Assembly (NCBI RefSeq): GCF_009914755.1
Contig: NC_060930.1
From: the human T2T-CHM13v2.0 reference genome, Homo sapiens
DNA: 64,000 bases
Strand: one strand, 5' to 3'
The position numbers and the translations under genes are program-made. The stretch's first letter is position 1; each line of letters starts with the position of its first letter. Shown in pieces: positions 30,849-48,150 of the stretch. The notes beneath the pieces are model-generated. The model searched no databases. It was not told the origin of the DNA and was given only the letters and a program-made list of their open reading frames with translations.

Positions 30849-31215
30849 TGATATGGTTTGGCTGTGTCCCCACCCAAATCTCATCTAGAATTGTAGTTCA
30901 TATGATCCCCACATGTCATGGGAGGGACCCCGTAAGAGGTGATTGAATCATGGGAGTGAGTTTCCCCCATCCTGTTTTTGTGACAGTGAGTTAGTTCTCA
31001 GGAGATATGACGGTTTTATAAGGGGCTTCCCTCTTCACTGGGCACTCATTCTTCTCCTTCTTGCCTCCATGTGAAGGACGTGTTTGCTTCCCCTTCTGCC
31101 TTGATTGTAAGTTTCCTGAGGCCTCTCGAGCCCTGCAGAACTGTGAGTCAATGAAACCACATACCTTTACGAATTAACCAGTCTTGGGTATGTCTTTATT
31201 GGCAGTGTGAGAACA
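30849..31215 (+). mobile_element. THE1C/D (ERVL-MaLR) solo LTR lacking the last ~10 nt
   Basis: Starts tgatatggtttggctgtgtccccacccaaatctc and aligns to the LTRs at 52444 and 54416. Ends gagaaca without gactaataca. Confidence 0.92.
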
Positions 31216-31432
31216 TGCAGTTAAAATTTACTGTACTTTTATAATGATGTGTAAACCACAAGTATTGTGATCAGATCAGAAAAGTCACCAGAATATCATG
31301 TGACAATATCACACACTCACACACAAACACAAACACGCACCTCACAATCTCACATACCCTTTCTGCTATAACTTAATTGTAATTGTTAGCAGTTTATCAG
31401 CCCTGATAATTAAAATAAACTCACAAGAATGG

Positions 31433-32114
<682 letters not shown>

Positions 32115-33994
32115 TATTACTACCACCAACAAATTAAACAATCAAAATACAAAATACGTGAGGCCAAAACTGATAGAAACATGTTGATAGGTTGATCTAC
32201 TATTACAGTTGGAGACTTCAACACCACTGTATCAGAAATAGAGAAATTCAGTAGGCATAAATTCAACAAAAAGATAGATGAACACACCATAACCATAGAC
32301 TACTCCATGGAACAATGCAGAATGAACATTCTTAAGCTCACCTGGAATATTCATAAGATAGAACACATTCTGGGCCTTAAAACACACTTTACAGATTTAA
32401 AATAATAGAAATCAAACTGATAGCAAACTCTGCTATCAGACTGCAATGGAATTAAATTGGAAATCAAAAACAGAAAGATAACTAGCAATCCCCAAAATAA
32501 GTGGAGAATAAATGCTTCTAAATAACAGTTAAAAGAAGAAATTTCAAGAAAATTCATTTCTCATGAACTAAGTGAAAATAAACGCATGCCTTATTAAAAT
32601 ATGTGAGATGTAGCAAAAGCTGTGCTTACAGGGAAATTTATATCTCTGAAGGCCTATTTTAGAAAAGAAGCAAAATCTAAAATTAGTTCTGTAAATTGAT
32701 ACCTTAGGAAACTAGAGTATGAAGAGCTAATTAAGCCAAAGTAAGCAGAAAAAAAGAAATAATAAAAGTTGGAGCAGAAATCATTGAAATTTATGAAAGC
32801 TGGTTCTTTGGTAAAATTGATTAGCCCCTTTCCAGGCTAATTTAAAAAGAGAGAGAGAGAGAGAGAGGACACAAATTACTAATACCATAAATAAAAGAGA
32901 AGTCAGACATCTCTACAAATTTCATGAACATTAAAAGTATAATAAAAGGGCATTATGAAAAACAGTATGCCCATACATTTGATGACCTAATAAAATGGAT
33001 CAATTCCTTGAAAGACACAATCTACCAAAACTCACACAAGAAAAAAAAAAGATAATTGGAATAAGTGTATTTCTACTAAAGAAATTGAATCAATCATTAA
33101 TAGCTTTCCAAAACAAAAAGCACCAGGCCCACATGAGTTCACAGGTGAATTCTACCTAACATTTAAATAGGAAATTATGTCAATTCACTTCAGTATTTTT
33201 TGGAATATAGATGCAGAGAGACTATTTTCTAATTCATCCTATGAGGTGAGCATTACCTTCATACCATCAATAGAGAAAGAAATGACAAAAGTAGGATAAC
33301 TACAGACCAATATCACTCGTGAACATAGATGCAAAAATTCACAATAAAATATTGGCAAACCATATTTACCAATGTATAAAAAGAATTATGCACCATAATC
33401 AAGTGCAATTTGTCTCAGGAAGCAAAATTCGGTTCCACATTTGAAAATTAATTAATATAATCCATCAGATCAACAAGATAAAGAAGGAAAATCAATACAT
33501 CAATAGGTGCAGAAAAAAGCACTTGAAAAAAATGTAACAATGACTCATAATAAAAACTCATTAATCTAGAATTAGAAAACTTCCTCAACTTGAGGAAAAG
33601 TATCTACACAAAAACGGTTAACATCATATTTAATACAGTAGTGAGAAATTTGAAGCTTTTCCATCAAGATAAAAAGAAAGCTAGTATGCCCTCTCTCACT
33701 ACTGCTTTTCAGTATTGTACTAGAAGCCCTAGCTAATGCAATAAGACAAGAATATGATATAAAAGTGTACAGATTGAGAAGAAAGAAATAAAACTGTCTT
33801 TGATTGCAGAAGACAAATGGTGGTCAATGTCAAAAATTGGAAAGAAGTGACCAAAAATCTCCTGGAACTAATAAAATATCATACCAATGTTGAAGGGTAC
33901 AAGGTTAATGTACAAAAGTCAATCACTTTCCAGTATACCAAAAATAAACAAGTAGCATTTAAATTAGAAACACAATGCCATTTTATCAACACTA

Positions 33995-34295
33995 CACTAT
34001 TTGATCAAAGGGTGTAAAGTTTTAGTTGTGGAGGATGAGGAAGTTCTAGAGGTCTAATGTATACCATGAGACTGTAGTTAATAATACTGTACTGTATAAT
34101 TAAAATTTGCCAACAGATTAGATCTCAAGTGCTGTTAGCACACACACATAAAAGGTAATTGTGAAGAGATGAATACGCTTGTTAGCTTCACTAAGTAATC
34201 ATGTCACTATGTGTGTATATATTCAAAACATCAAAATGTTCTCCCTAAATATATGCAATTTTTATTAAAAAATTAAGTAAATCAAAATCAGAAAC
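33995..34295 (+). mobile_element. L1MA8/9-like 3' end fragment nested in the older L1
   Basis: 3' UTR motifs (gttctagaggtctaatgta...gttaataatactgta...aaatatatgcaatttttatt) interrupt ORF2. Degenerate duplication aacacaatgccattt / aacacaatactattt. Confidence 0.75.
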
Positions 34296-36683
34296 ATAAA
34301 GAACACAATACTATTTATATCAGTACAAAAAAGTGAAATATTTAAGTATAAAACTAATAAAATATGTACAAAATCTATACAAGGAAAACCACAAAACTCT
34401 GACGATACAAATCAAATAAACTAAATAAATGCAGAGATGTTCCTTGTTTATGTACAGGAAGAGTCAATATTGTCACAATATCAGTTTTGCTCAGATCTCT
34501 AGATTTCATGCAATCTTATTTAAAATCCCACCAAGATATTTTATAGATATTGGCAAACTGCTTCTAATATTTACATGATGAGGCAAAAGATCCAGAATAG
34601 ACAGCATGATATTTAAAAAGAACAAAGTTGGCCGACTGATACTATGTTACTTCAAAACTCACTATGCTACAGTAATCAAGATAGTGTGCATTGGAGAAAG
34701 AATAGACAAATAGATTAACAGAACAGAATAGAGAGGTCAGATGTAGACCCACATAATTATAATAGACTGATCTTTGATGAAGGAGCAAAGGCAATACAAT
34801 AGAGGAAAAGTAGTCTTTTTAATGAATGATGCTGGAACAGCAGGATATACATGGGCAAAAAAAAAAAAAAAAAAGTAAAGAAAAAAAAAGAAACTAGACA
34901 CAGACCTTTCCCCATTCTCAAAAGTTAACTTAAAATGGATCAAAGACCTAAATATAAAATGCAAAATGACAAAACTCCTAGAAGATAACAAAGGAAAAAA
35001 AATCTAGATGATCTTGGTTATGGTGATGCCTTTTATATACAACACCAAAGGCATGATTCACAAAAGAAAAAAAATGAACTTCTTCATTAAAATTTAAAAT
35101 TTCTGCTCTGTGGAAAACATTGTAAAGAGAATGAAAAAACTGCCACAGATTGGGAGAGAATACTTGAAAAATACATTTTTGATAAAGAGCTGTTATCCAA
35201 AATATACAATGAACACTTAAAACTCAATAATAAGAAAACAAACATGCTGACAAAAAAAAAATGGACCAAAAACCTGAACATACACCTCAACAAAGTAGAT
35301 CTAAAGATGGCAAATAAACATATGAAGACATGCTTGGCATCATATGTCATATGGGAAATACACATAAAAATGACAATGAGACACCACTAGACATATATCA
35401 GAAGGATTAAAATCCAGAACACTGAAAACACCAAATGCAGATGGTAATATGGAGCAACAGGTACTCTCAATCATTTCAAGTCAGAATGCAAAATGGTACA
35501 GCCACTTAGGAAGACAATTTAGTGGTTTTTTATAAATCTAAATATACTCTGTTATTGTATGTTTCAGCTATTGTGCTCCTCAGTATTTACTCAAATGATT
35601 TGAAAACTTATTGTTCACACGAAAACTCACACACAAATGTTTCTTTATTCATAATTGCCAAGATTTGAAAGCCACTGAGATGTCTTTCAGTAGGTGAATG
35701 AATAAATAAACTGGTACATCTGGACAATAAATATTATGTAGCAATGAAAAGAAATGATCTATCAAGCTATGAATGACATGAAAAAACTTACATGCATATT
35801 ACTAAGTGAAAGAAACCAATTTGAAGGGGCTATACACTGTATAATTACAACCATGTAAAATTCTAGTAGAGGCAAAAGTATGGGGAAAGTAAAAAGATAA
35901 AGATCAATGGTTGCCAGGGTTTGGAAAGGAGGGAGGGATGAAAAGGCAGAGCACACAGGATTTTTTAGGGCAGTGAAACTACTCTATGATACTGTAATGA
36001 TGGATACATGTAATTATAAATTTATTTAAACCTATAACATGTACAACACCAACAATGAACTGTAGTTTAAACTTTTAACTCTGGGTGATAATGATGTGAC
36101 AATGTAGGTTCAACTGTAGCAAATGTACCACCATGGTGGGAAATGTTGACCATTGGGGAGGCTATGCACGTGTGGGAACAGCAAGTATACAGCAGATCAC
36201 TTTACCTTCTGCTCAATTTTTGTGTGAATCCAAAATTGCTCAGAATTAACTCTATTAAAAATTTAGAATGTTTTTGCTTGTATTTTAGATAGATTTATAT
36301 AGATTTCAAAAAAAAATCTCATTTCCCTCCAGATTCTCCAAGAGAAAGGTCAACATAATTATCTCAATTTCCACTTTCAGACACTGGGTTGAAGCTGTCA
36401 AAATACTTAACTTTTTCTGTGGTTAGTCCATATATTGCTCTTGTGTGCTATCCCTTAAATTAATATAGGCTGTCAATACACTTGCATCAAGTAGTAAAGG
36501 GCTGTCAAAAAGACCCCTAATGTCAAATTTGTAAGGAAACTCTGGAGCATGGGTACAAAGAACCTGCGTTTTATTTATTGACTTTTTAAAACTTAGCGTC
36601 AATACGTTTGTGTGGTAACTGATGGTCTCAGGGCAGTGACTGTGGCTTCCTTATGGGATTGCTAGTCTTCCCTAGTTCATTAA

Positions 36684-37092
<409 letters not shown>

Positions 37093-37574
37093 TCACCTGC
37101 TATTCTAATCCATGTGTAACTTGTTTGTTCTTCGTGCATATCTACATTCAAGAGATACTGTTGGTTGGTTTTCTTTGAACTAGCAGGAATGGGAAAATTT
37201 AGAGTTAGCATTAAGCATTTGAATGTTACCCTTCTTTCAGAACATTTTAATTTTCTGAGATCAGTGTACATTATTTTTGTATAATTTTGTAGTACTTGGT
37301 GTATTTTATAAACACAATGGGAATTTAAGGAAAGATGTTATTTTTTAGCTCTTACAATAGTGTTTTCAGTGCACGGTAGCTCAGTGAAGACCAAAGAAAG
37401 GTATTACAATGATGTTCACAATATTTTCATTGACAGGTTAATACCTTTCAGTTTAGTATGCTTCAAAGATCACAAACCACATAGTGCAGTAGAGCCAAGA
37501 TTGAAATCCATGTCTCCAAGTCCAGTGTTCTTTACATGGCGTTATCCAATGTCATACTTAGTTTATTAGAGCTT

Positions 37575-37980
37575 CTTTATTTCCTAGGACTGCCATAAGA
37601 AAGTAACACATACTAATGACTTAAAACAACAGAAATGTATTATCTGACAGTTCTAAAGGCTAGAAGGCTGAAATTAAGATATCAGCAGGTCCATACTTTC
37701 TCAGAAGCCTCTAGGGAAGATCCTCCTTTGTCTCTTTCTGATAGCTCCAGGCGTTCTTTGGCTGGTGGCAGCTTAAATCCAATCTCTCCCTCTGTCTTCA
37801 TTTGGCATTCTTCCCTCATGTCTTTACATCATCTTCTTATAAGGAAACTAGTCTTATAGTATTAAGAGCCCATCCTACTCTAGTATGAAACTCATCATAA
37901 CTAATTATAACTGCAAAAACTTTATTTCTAAATAAGGTGTGGGGATTAAGACTTTTTTGAAGACTTAATTCAACCTATAC
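37575..37980 (-). mobile_element. MLT1 (B/C-like) MaLR solo LTR
   Basis: cttaaaacaacagaaatgtattatctgacagttct...aaataaggt...aattcaacc. Confidence 0.8.
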
Positions 37981-38749
37981 AGATTATAAAATATCACAAC
38001 CTATAATTATATTGTGACATTGAGCAAATATGTATGAAAGGCAGTGTAAAATTAATGAACCAGAGAAGCATCTGTATATATTGTGGCAGAGAAATTGTCC
38101 CATGATAATCTTGGTTGCAGTATATCCGGGATATACCAGGTTGAATTCTTTATTGCCTACTGACAAGTGGTCCAAGGCAGGTAGATAATAGGATTTCTGA
38201 GACAGCTTTAGGTAGACTAGCATTACTCACAAGCCTAACTTTATTCTTGGGTTTTCTGATAAAATATTTTCCTACTATTAGCGTAAAAGCACCATATAAC
38301 AAAATTAGCTGGGAGACAAGATTAAATAATCATTTTTTATTCTGTCTAGGAATGCACTTTATTTGTCCTCTTTTGTAATTGTTCAGAGGACAAGAAATTC
38401 TGCCTGACTCCAGTCATTTTTTTGGAGGTTTCTCCTCTAAGACTTGATATCAGTCATGTACCTACTTAAACATTGGGAAATACAATGGATCATGTGCTGT
38501 TTATATGATACACGGTTTATAAACTTCTACTTGCCATGAAAATGCTATCAGTACAGTATTTTCTATCTGTTTTGCCAAAGAATCCAATTGTATCCATATG
38601 GTTATTCCTTTTCACACAATACAATAACATCCCAACTATTCATTCAAGAAAAGGATGGGGAGTGGAATTTTAACCTGAGAATGGCGTTTTCACTTGAGGA
38701 CAGGTGAACATATAAATTCTGACAGATATATTCAAAACTACTTGGAATG

Positions 38750-38880
38750 ATTCATTCATTGATCAAACCAATATTTACTAAAATTTACAAAGTGCCAGAA
38801 ACTATTCTGGATGCTTTTGATAGATCAATGAACATAACAGACAAAATATCTCGCCTTTTGGGACTTACAATCTAGCAAGG
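38750..38880 (-). mobile_element. LINE-2 3' end fragment
   Basis: ttcattcatt...aatatttact...gtgccagaaactattct...acttacaatctag. Confidence 0.55.
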
Positions 38881-39654
38881 AAAGCATGAAATCTTATATT
38901 AATTTATAAATATATATTTACATATATATTTAGAGAATAAAATCAATTTAAGCTAAAAGGAAAATATTTTATGTTAATCATATGCCAAATTATGAAGAAC
39001 ATTCACAAATTGGGATCAGGAAATCTATTTTAATATTTGACAATTCTGAATTACTTGTATATTTTTAAAGTTCCCAATAAAATACTAAATAAATACTTCA
39101 TAAATATTTCAATACTAAATAAGAATTACAACCAACCCCACAATTTACATATATCTATGGCCTATTCTGATATTTCTACATCTCTCTCTCTCCTCTCTCT
39201 CTCTCTATATATATAATATATAAATTTAAAATATACTTATATATAAAACTTTCATAGTTGCAATTATCATGGCTATAAGATCATGGTTTTCAATTATTTC
39301 CCTTAAATTCTTTCATAAATCCTTTCCTTTTTTCAGAGTTTCATAGTTGCTCAATCTATCACACAACTATAACAATGTGTTCATTTTTTATATTTAGGTT
39401 TTTAAAGAAACATTTCTGTTATTACAAAAAAAAACAGCGTTAAAATAACCTTTTACATGAAGTATTTCTGAAACATCTTTTTTGACAGATTTTTTGGAAC
39501 AGAGTTGAAATAACTATGGTTCATTCAATGTATTGATAAATTACTCAAGAAATTTAGTTCAATATCTCCAACATTATACTTTGCATTTATCACAACTGTC
39601 AATCAATCAGCACACATTTCTATCTTTGTTGACAATTCTGATGGCCACTATCTT

Positions 39655-39764
39655 TTGTTTTCGCTCTGTCATCCAGGCTGAAGCACAAAGGCATGATCAA
39701 AGCTCATGGCAGCCTCAAGTTCCTGGGTTCAAATGATCCTCTCACCTCAGCCTTGCAAGTAGAG
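39655..39764 (-). mobile_element. 5'-truncated AluJ/FRAM right-arm fragment
   Basis: tcgctctgtcatccaggctg...cctcagcc. TSD cactatctt at 39646-39654 and 39765-39773. Confidence 0.85.
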
Positions 39765-41814
39765 CACTATCTTCTCAGAGGATTTGATGCATGAACACTG
39801 TAGATGATTGAATTGAGCTTCACTGGATGATAGCATGTGTTTGCGTTTCCTCTTATAACTCATGATATTACAATTTTATCCTTCAAAAAAAAATCTTTGT
39901 TATGGTACTTTCTAGGGGAAAAGAATTCTTCCACAATTAGGCCCTCTTTAAAACATGGTTTTGCCCATTCTGAAAAATGTAAACAGAAGTCTTAACAATT
40001 GAGGAGTTAGGATTGATGGAATAGCCACAATGGACAAAATTTAAGCCTTGGAATTACTTGGAGATTTATGTTGCATTTTCCTGTTTCCCCCCCCCCCAGT
40101 GTGGCTTTAGTATTGCTAAATATCTTTCGTTAACTAATCATCAAGGGTAACCCCTATATGCATAATGTCAAGTGAAGCAGAGGGTTGAGAAGGACAGTCA
40201 GAAGAGAAGGCATCCAAGTCTTACACGCTGAAAAATAAAGCATGTTTCTTAAAATTCATAAAATAGCAATGCATCTTGCAACACAAAACTGACCATATTT
40301 ATATAAATATTATATTTTTGTGTTTGATAGTTATGAAAAATGAGAGCATAGAGAGTATTACTTTCAAAAATCTGATATAAAGTTTAAATTCACCAAATGA
40401 AATCTAAAATTCATTTAGAAAATATAAACTTTTATTTGGAATGAGATTGTGTAATGTATTTGATTCACATTATAAGTAAAATCATATATCCTGCATTTGT
40501 GAGTAGAAGACACATAGAAAAAAGATGTTTGTTTTACTTTAAAACAATGAGTTTCTTAGAAAATGCAAAACATTTGTGAGTAGATATTGCTAAATGCTAA
40601 CATGAGAAAAGATTGAGTCATTTTATTCACCCATATATTAGCTCGGAATCTAAAATATAGATAAACATTTTGTGAAGCCAGAAAAATATGTTTAAAATCA
40701 TTACTTTTTGTAGCTCTTTTTCTTCCATATCAGTGCTATTGTTTATAGCTGAAGAACCTTGAGGCTTCCAGTTTGTATTTTTCTTCCCATGCCAGTGATT
40801 TGTGGTATTAGTGCAGGTCATTGATTCTGTACTGCTGAGCTATCCAGCTTATGGCAGACAAGGGAGCTGAGTGTGTCTTTAAAGTGCCCTTTACTTTCAA
40901 AATTCAAGTTGTAGAAATGACACCTCTGGTTTTATAACTGTGCAGCTTGCACTGTGTTGCATAAAATGTTCTCCCAAGTGGACAAGGTTAGTTGTTTTGG
41001 AGACTAATTCTCATTTTTTGTGTTCAAGTTGGGTTGAAAATAAGATCCTATCTTAGAATAGGATTCTATTCTTAGAATAGGATCTTATTGCATAAGAATC
41101 CCTCATAAAAATGGGATCTTATTGCATACGTTTTCAGTCTGGGTCCTGCAACTATATTAAGTAATAGTAGTAGGTAAGCCAAAACTTACTTTACATATTA
41201 TCTGCTGAAGTAAATATGCCAGGCATTTAGCAGTGGGTTCTTCGTCATTTAAGGATTGTGATGCTAATAATGTTAATATCAGAATTAATCAATCTTGCTA
41301 CAAAATAATTTATACTGCTATATAATCTACAATGATATTTTTAAGCAAAAGTTATATAATTTTAAAACTCTACTGACAAACTCTATATCTAGAAGAATTA
41401 CTAAGTAAAAGATGAGATGATAAATCTTTTAATTCCATCAATATGGAGATTATTATCCTATATATACATATAGGACTAGCAAAGTTAGCTCTACACTACT
41501 GAATATATAAATTCATATAATCATAAGATTTTACAAATGTAGTTTTATTTTTCTGAAACATTCTTTTAATTTTTTTCCAAACTTTTCCTGACAAGTTCCT
41601 ACCTATTTTTTTCAGGTCTGCTTTGTTGTTTTTGTTTTGTAATTTTGGAATAAGTTTATTCATCTACTGTGGATTTCCATCACACCACACATCTTCATTG
41701 CAGCTACATTAAAATACAAGTTTCTCCCCCATATAGTTACGTGAGAATAGAGATCATACCTTTCCTGCTCATCAAGATATTTTCAACATCTGATACTGTG
41801 GTTTGAATTGGATC

Positions 41815-41990
41815 TGAACACATGCTCTGGAGTTAAACTGACGAGGTGTAAATACCGGCTCAGCCACTTAGCAATTATGTGAGGTTGGCCAAATGACTTC
41901 ACCAGTCTTTATGAAGATTAAATGATGTAATACTTATACAGTGCCTAGAATAGGATCTATCTGGCATATTATAAAACTATGGCAAATGGC
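41815..41990 (-). mobile_element. MIR remnant
   Basis: ggctcagccacttagc...tgaagattaaatga...acagtgcct. Confidence 0.6.
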
Positions 41991-42541
41991 AAGTATTAAT
42001 ATGACTATTATTATAATTCTATAAATATTCATTAAATTAATGTTGAATTTGTTTAGATGTAGTGTGCATTTTATATTCAGAGGATATGCCTTTATTGATA
42101 TAAATAAAAATATTTTAATAAACAACTAGATAAACCAAAGTCATCTCTTTGGTAAATGTCTCATAACTGAAATTATTTGATAAATAACTAATTAGGGTGA
42201 TAGCCTGAAAACTCTATTATCTTCAAAGATTAACAACTAAATTGTAGCATTCAAAGATTGACATATAGAATATAAGTAAAAATGTAAATATATATTATAT
42301 TTAATTAAGATATTACTGTAGTTATAATAAAACTTCATAATTCACATTTGATATTTTTTCCAAATTAAAAATATTCTGGTGGAGAATTTTGGAGCCTTGA
42401 TTGCTCATTTCTCTCTGTGTTGGAGAACACCTTACACTGAGGGAGAAAATGTACACCATACTCATAGATATTTATTTTATCTGCTTCTCTATAGAGGTCT
42501 TGGATTTGCATCTACTTCTTACTCGGTGGATTTTCAAATTA

Positions 42542-42957
42542 CAGTTGACCCTTGAAAAACACAGGTTTGAACTGTGCATATTCACATATACAATGATTTT
42601 CTCCTGCCTCTGCACCTCCTGAGACAGAAAGACTACCCTGTCCTCGTCCTTCTCCTCAGCCTACTCAATGTGAAGACAAGAATGAAGACCTTTATGATGA
42701 TGCATTTCTACTTAAAATGAATAACAAACATAGTGTGTCTTCCTTATAATTTTCTTAATAACATTTTCTCTATCTTTATTTTTAAAAATACAGTATATAA
42801 TACATATAACATACAAAATATGTGTTAATTGAATGTTTATGTCTTCAGTGAGGCTTCCATTCAACAGTAATCTAAGAGTTCAGTTTTAGAGGAGTTAAAA
42901 GTTATACCAGGATTTTCAACTGTTCCCCTAATCCCTAAGTTGTTCAAGGGTCAGTCG
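42542..42957 (+). mobile_element. Tigger2a (MER28) DNA transposon
   Basis: TIRs cagttgacccttgaa / ttcaagggtcagtcg, preceded by TA. Internal cctcagcctactcaatgtgaagac...gaagacctttatgatgat. Confidence 0.88.
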
Positions 42958-43478
42958 AATTTTAATTGTTGTGGGACTTGTCACTCAGTGTAACCTGAAA
43001 CTTTCTAATGCCTAATACTTATCAGAAAGTACAAGTGGAAGAACTAATAATTATTGAATATGCCAGAAAGATGAACAGTATATCAATTTTTGTAAATAAT
43101 CTAATTTTAATATTGGATGATGCTAAGTTACTGGGAAGATTTATGCCAGGTTCAAATCACTTTTTCTGTACTTTTAGAATTATATAATCAGTATACATTG
43201 AAAAATGCATAGCACTTTAATGAAACACATTACTATGTCTACCATAGAATTGTTTTAGCAGACTTCATCATATCACATAGAGTCATCAGGATGGAGGGAA
43301 GAAATATGTCTCTCATCTCATTATCAAGATTACCAATGATACTTTTCAATAATTTATTTTTGCCTTATGTACACTTTGAATCTTGTAAATAATTCACCTA
43401 TCTCTATTGGGTTAGCTGCTAGAAAGTTGAAAAGCCAATTCATAGTCCACATCGTAGCTGTTTCATAAGACTTCTTGA

Positions 43479-43827
<349 letters not shown>

Positions 43828-44520
43828 ATTTTTCTACTCTTATTGTTCCTTTCACAGATGCTCTTACTTTCCAAGTATAAATATTTCTGTTTTGAGTGAA
43901 GTTGTTTTCACTATGTCAAATAAATCTGGAATAAAGTGAGTTAGAAACAAACACCAATTGATATTTTGGCTAAAAACAAAAATAAGTGGTCAATGATAAG
44001 TTTAGATCACTCCAGAAGATAGTGGACTAAATTCCTGAATGAAAACAAAGTTCTTGTTCAGTTTTATGAGGGTATTTGTTAAATACCCTGGAATATTATC
44101 ACAAAGACTTATCATCACATGATAAGTTTGGTTTTGGAAAGTATTTGCTGATAAAACCCAAATTAATTCACCAAAATACAATCTCTTTATGCTTATCTAA
44201 GCTACTTTTTAATAATAAGTTTCTGATATTCAATTTTATTAAATAATGAAGAATTTGACATATCTGCTTCTCCTGGCTTCTACAATATAGGTCAGTCATT
44301 CTCCTTGATGTAGATCCACAGATGTGGCATAAGCTACTCATCACTTCCTATAAGACCTAATTAACTTGATCATATTTTTCCTAAAATAACCTGAGTCATT
44401 ACTTGTCTAGCCTGTTACCTAGTTAAAATTATTTTAATCTCTTGGTATTTTAACTCTGTTTTATAATGACCTTTCAAAGAATGTATAGAACATAGCAAAA
44501 ATAAAACAAAAAGTACTTTT

Positions 44521-47221
<2,701 letters not shown>

Positions 47222-47884
47222 AAAAAGTACTTTTAAACAATATCACTGTTTGCACCAGAAGCAATGAGATCACTAAAGGGATACAAAATCCTTCTCCTAC
47301 CTTCTATGAAGATTCTCTTGTTCTATCTTTCCTTTTTAAACTTCCTTAGCACTTCCTTTGTAGTACCTTCAGTGTTTAGCTTAACTGCTAAGTTTTGGGC
47401 ATGATGAGGACAGTAGGTGTATTTCATTTCATCTTGTATTCTTCACACATCCTTACACAACGAATGAATGAATATATCAATGAGTGAGAAGATAATATGT
47501 CTTCCTTTTTAAAGGCAATGCTAATTAGTGACAATATCCTATTGTTACCAATAGGATATTATTTTAAAAGTTTTTAAAGTTTTCCAATTTGAAATTTCCT
47601 ATCTATAGGTACACATATTAAGATCATTTGGAAATTTATAAACTCTTATTTCCTGCTTTGTGACACAGGGGGTAAAATTCCCTGAGTAATTTATTTTTCC
47701 TCCCATTTCACAGATTCCTATAACTTTTAATATGTAGTCATAATAAAAAATAAATGGTAGAAAATAGATAAGGTAATCTTAGCTCAAAATATTTTTATTT
47801 ATCATAATGGTACTTACATTTATAAAACTTTTACATTATCACTATATTATCACCAACATAAAGACCTGTAATGTATAATGTTTA

Positions 47885-48150
47885 TGTGTTCAAAAATATT
47901 TATTGAACACTGATTGTGTTTCACGCAGTGGAGAGACAAAAGTAAATACATGGTTTTCTGACCTCTTATAATGCATAATCTACTGGGGAAAACAGTAGAA
48001 CTATTGTAAGTAAATAATCCTAATTTAATATATTAGAGAAGAATTATGTACAAATTGTCATGTAGGTATAAGTAAGTTGAGGATAAATTATTGAGTGCTA
48101 CCAAGAGAGATAAAACATAATATTTAGAGAGTCAGGAAAACCTTCTGGAC
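47885..48150 (-). mobile_element. LINE-2 3' fragment
   Basis: ttcaaaaatatttattgaacac...agtcaggaaaaccttc. Confidence 0.5.
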
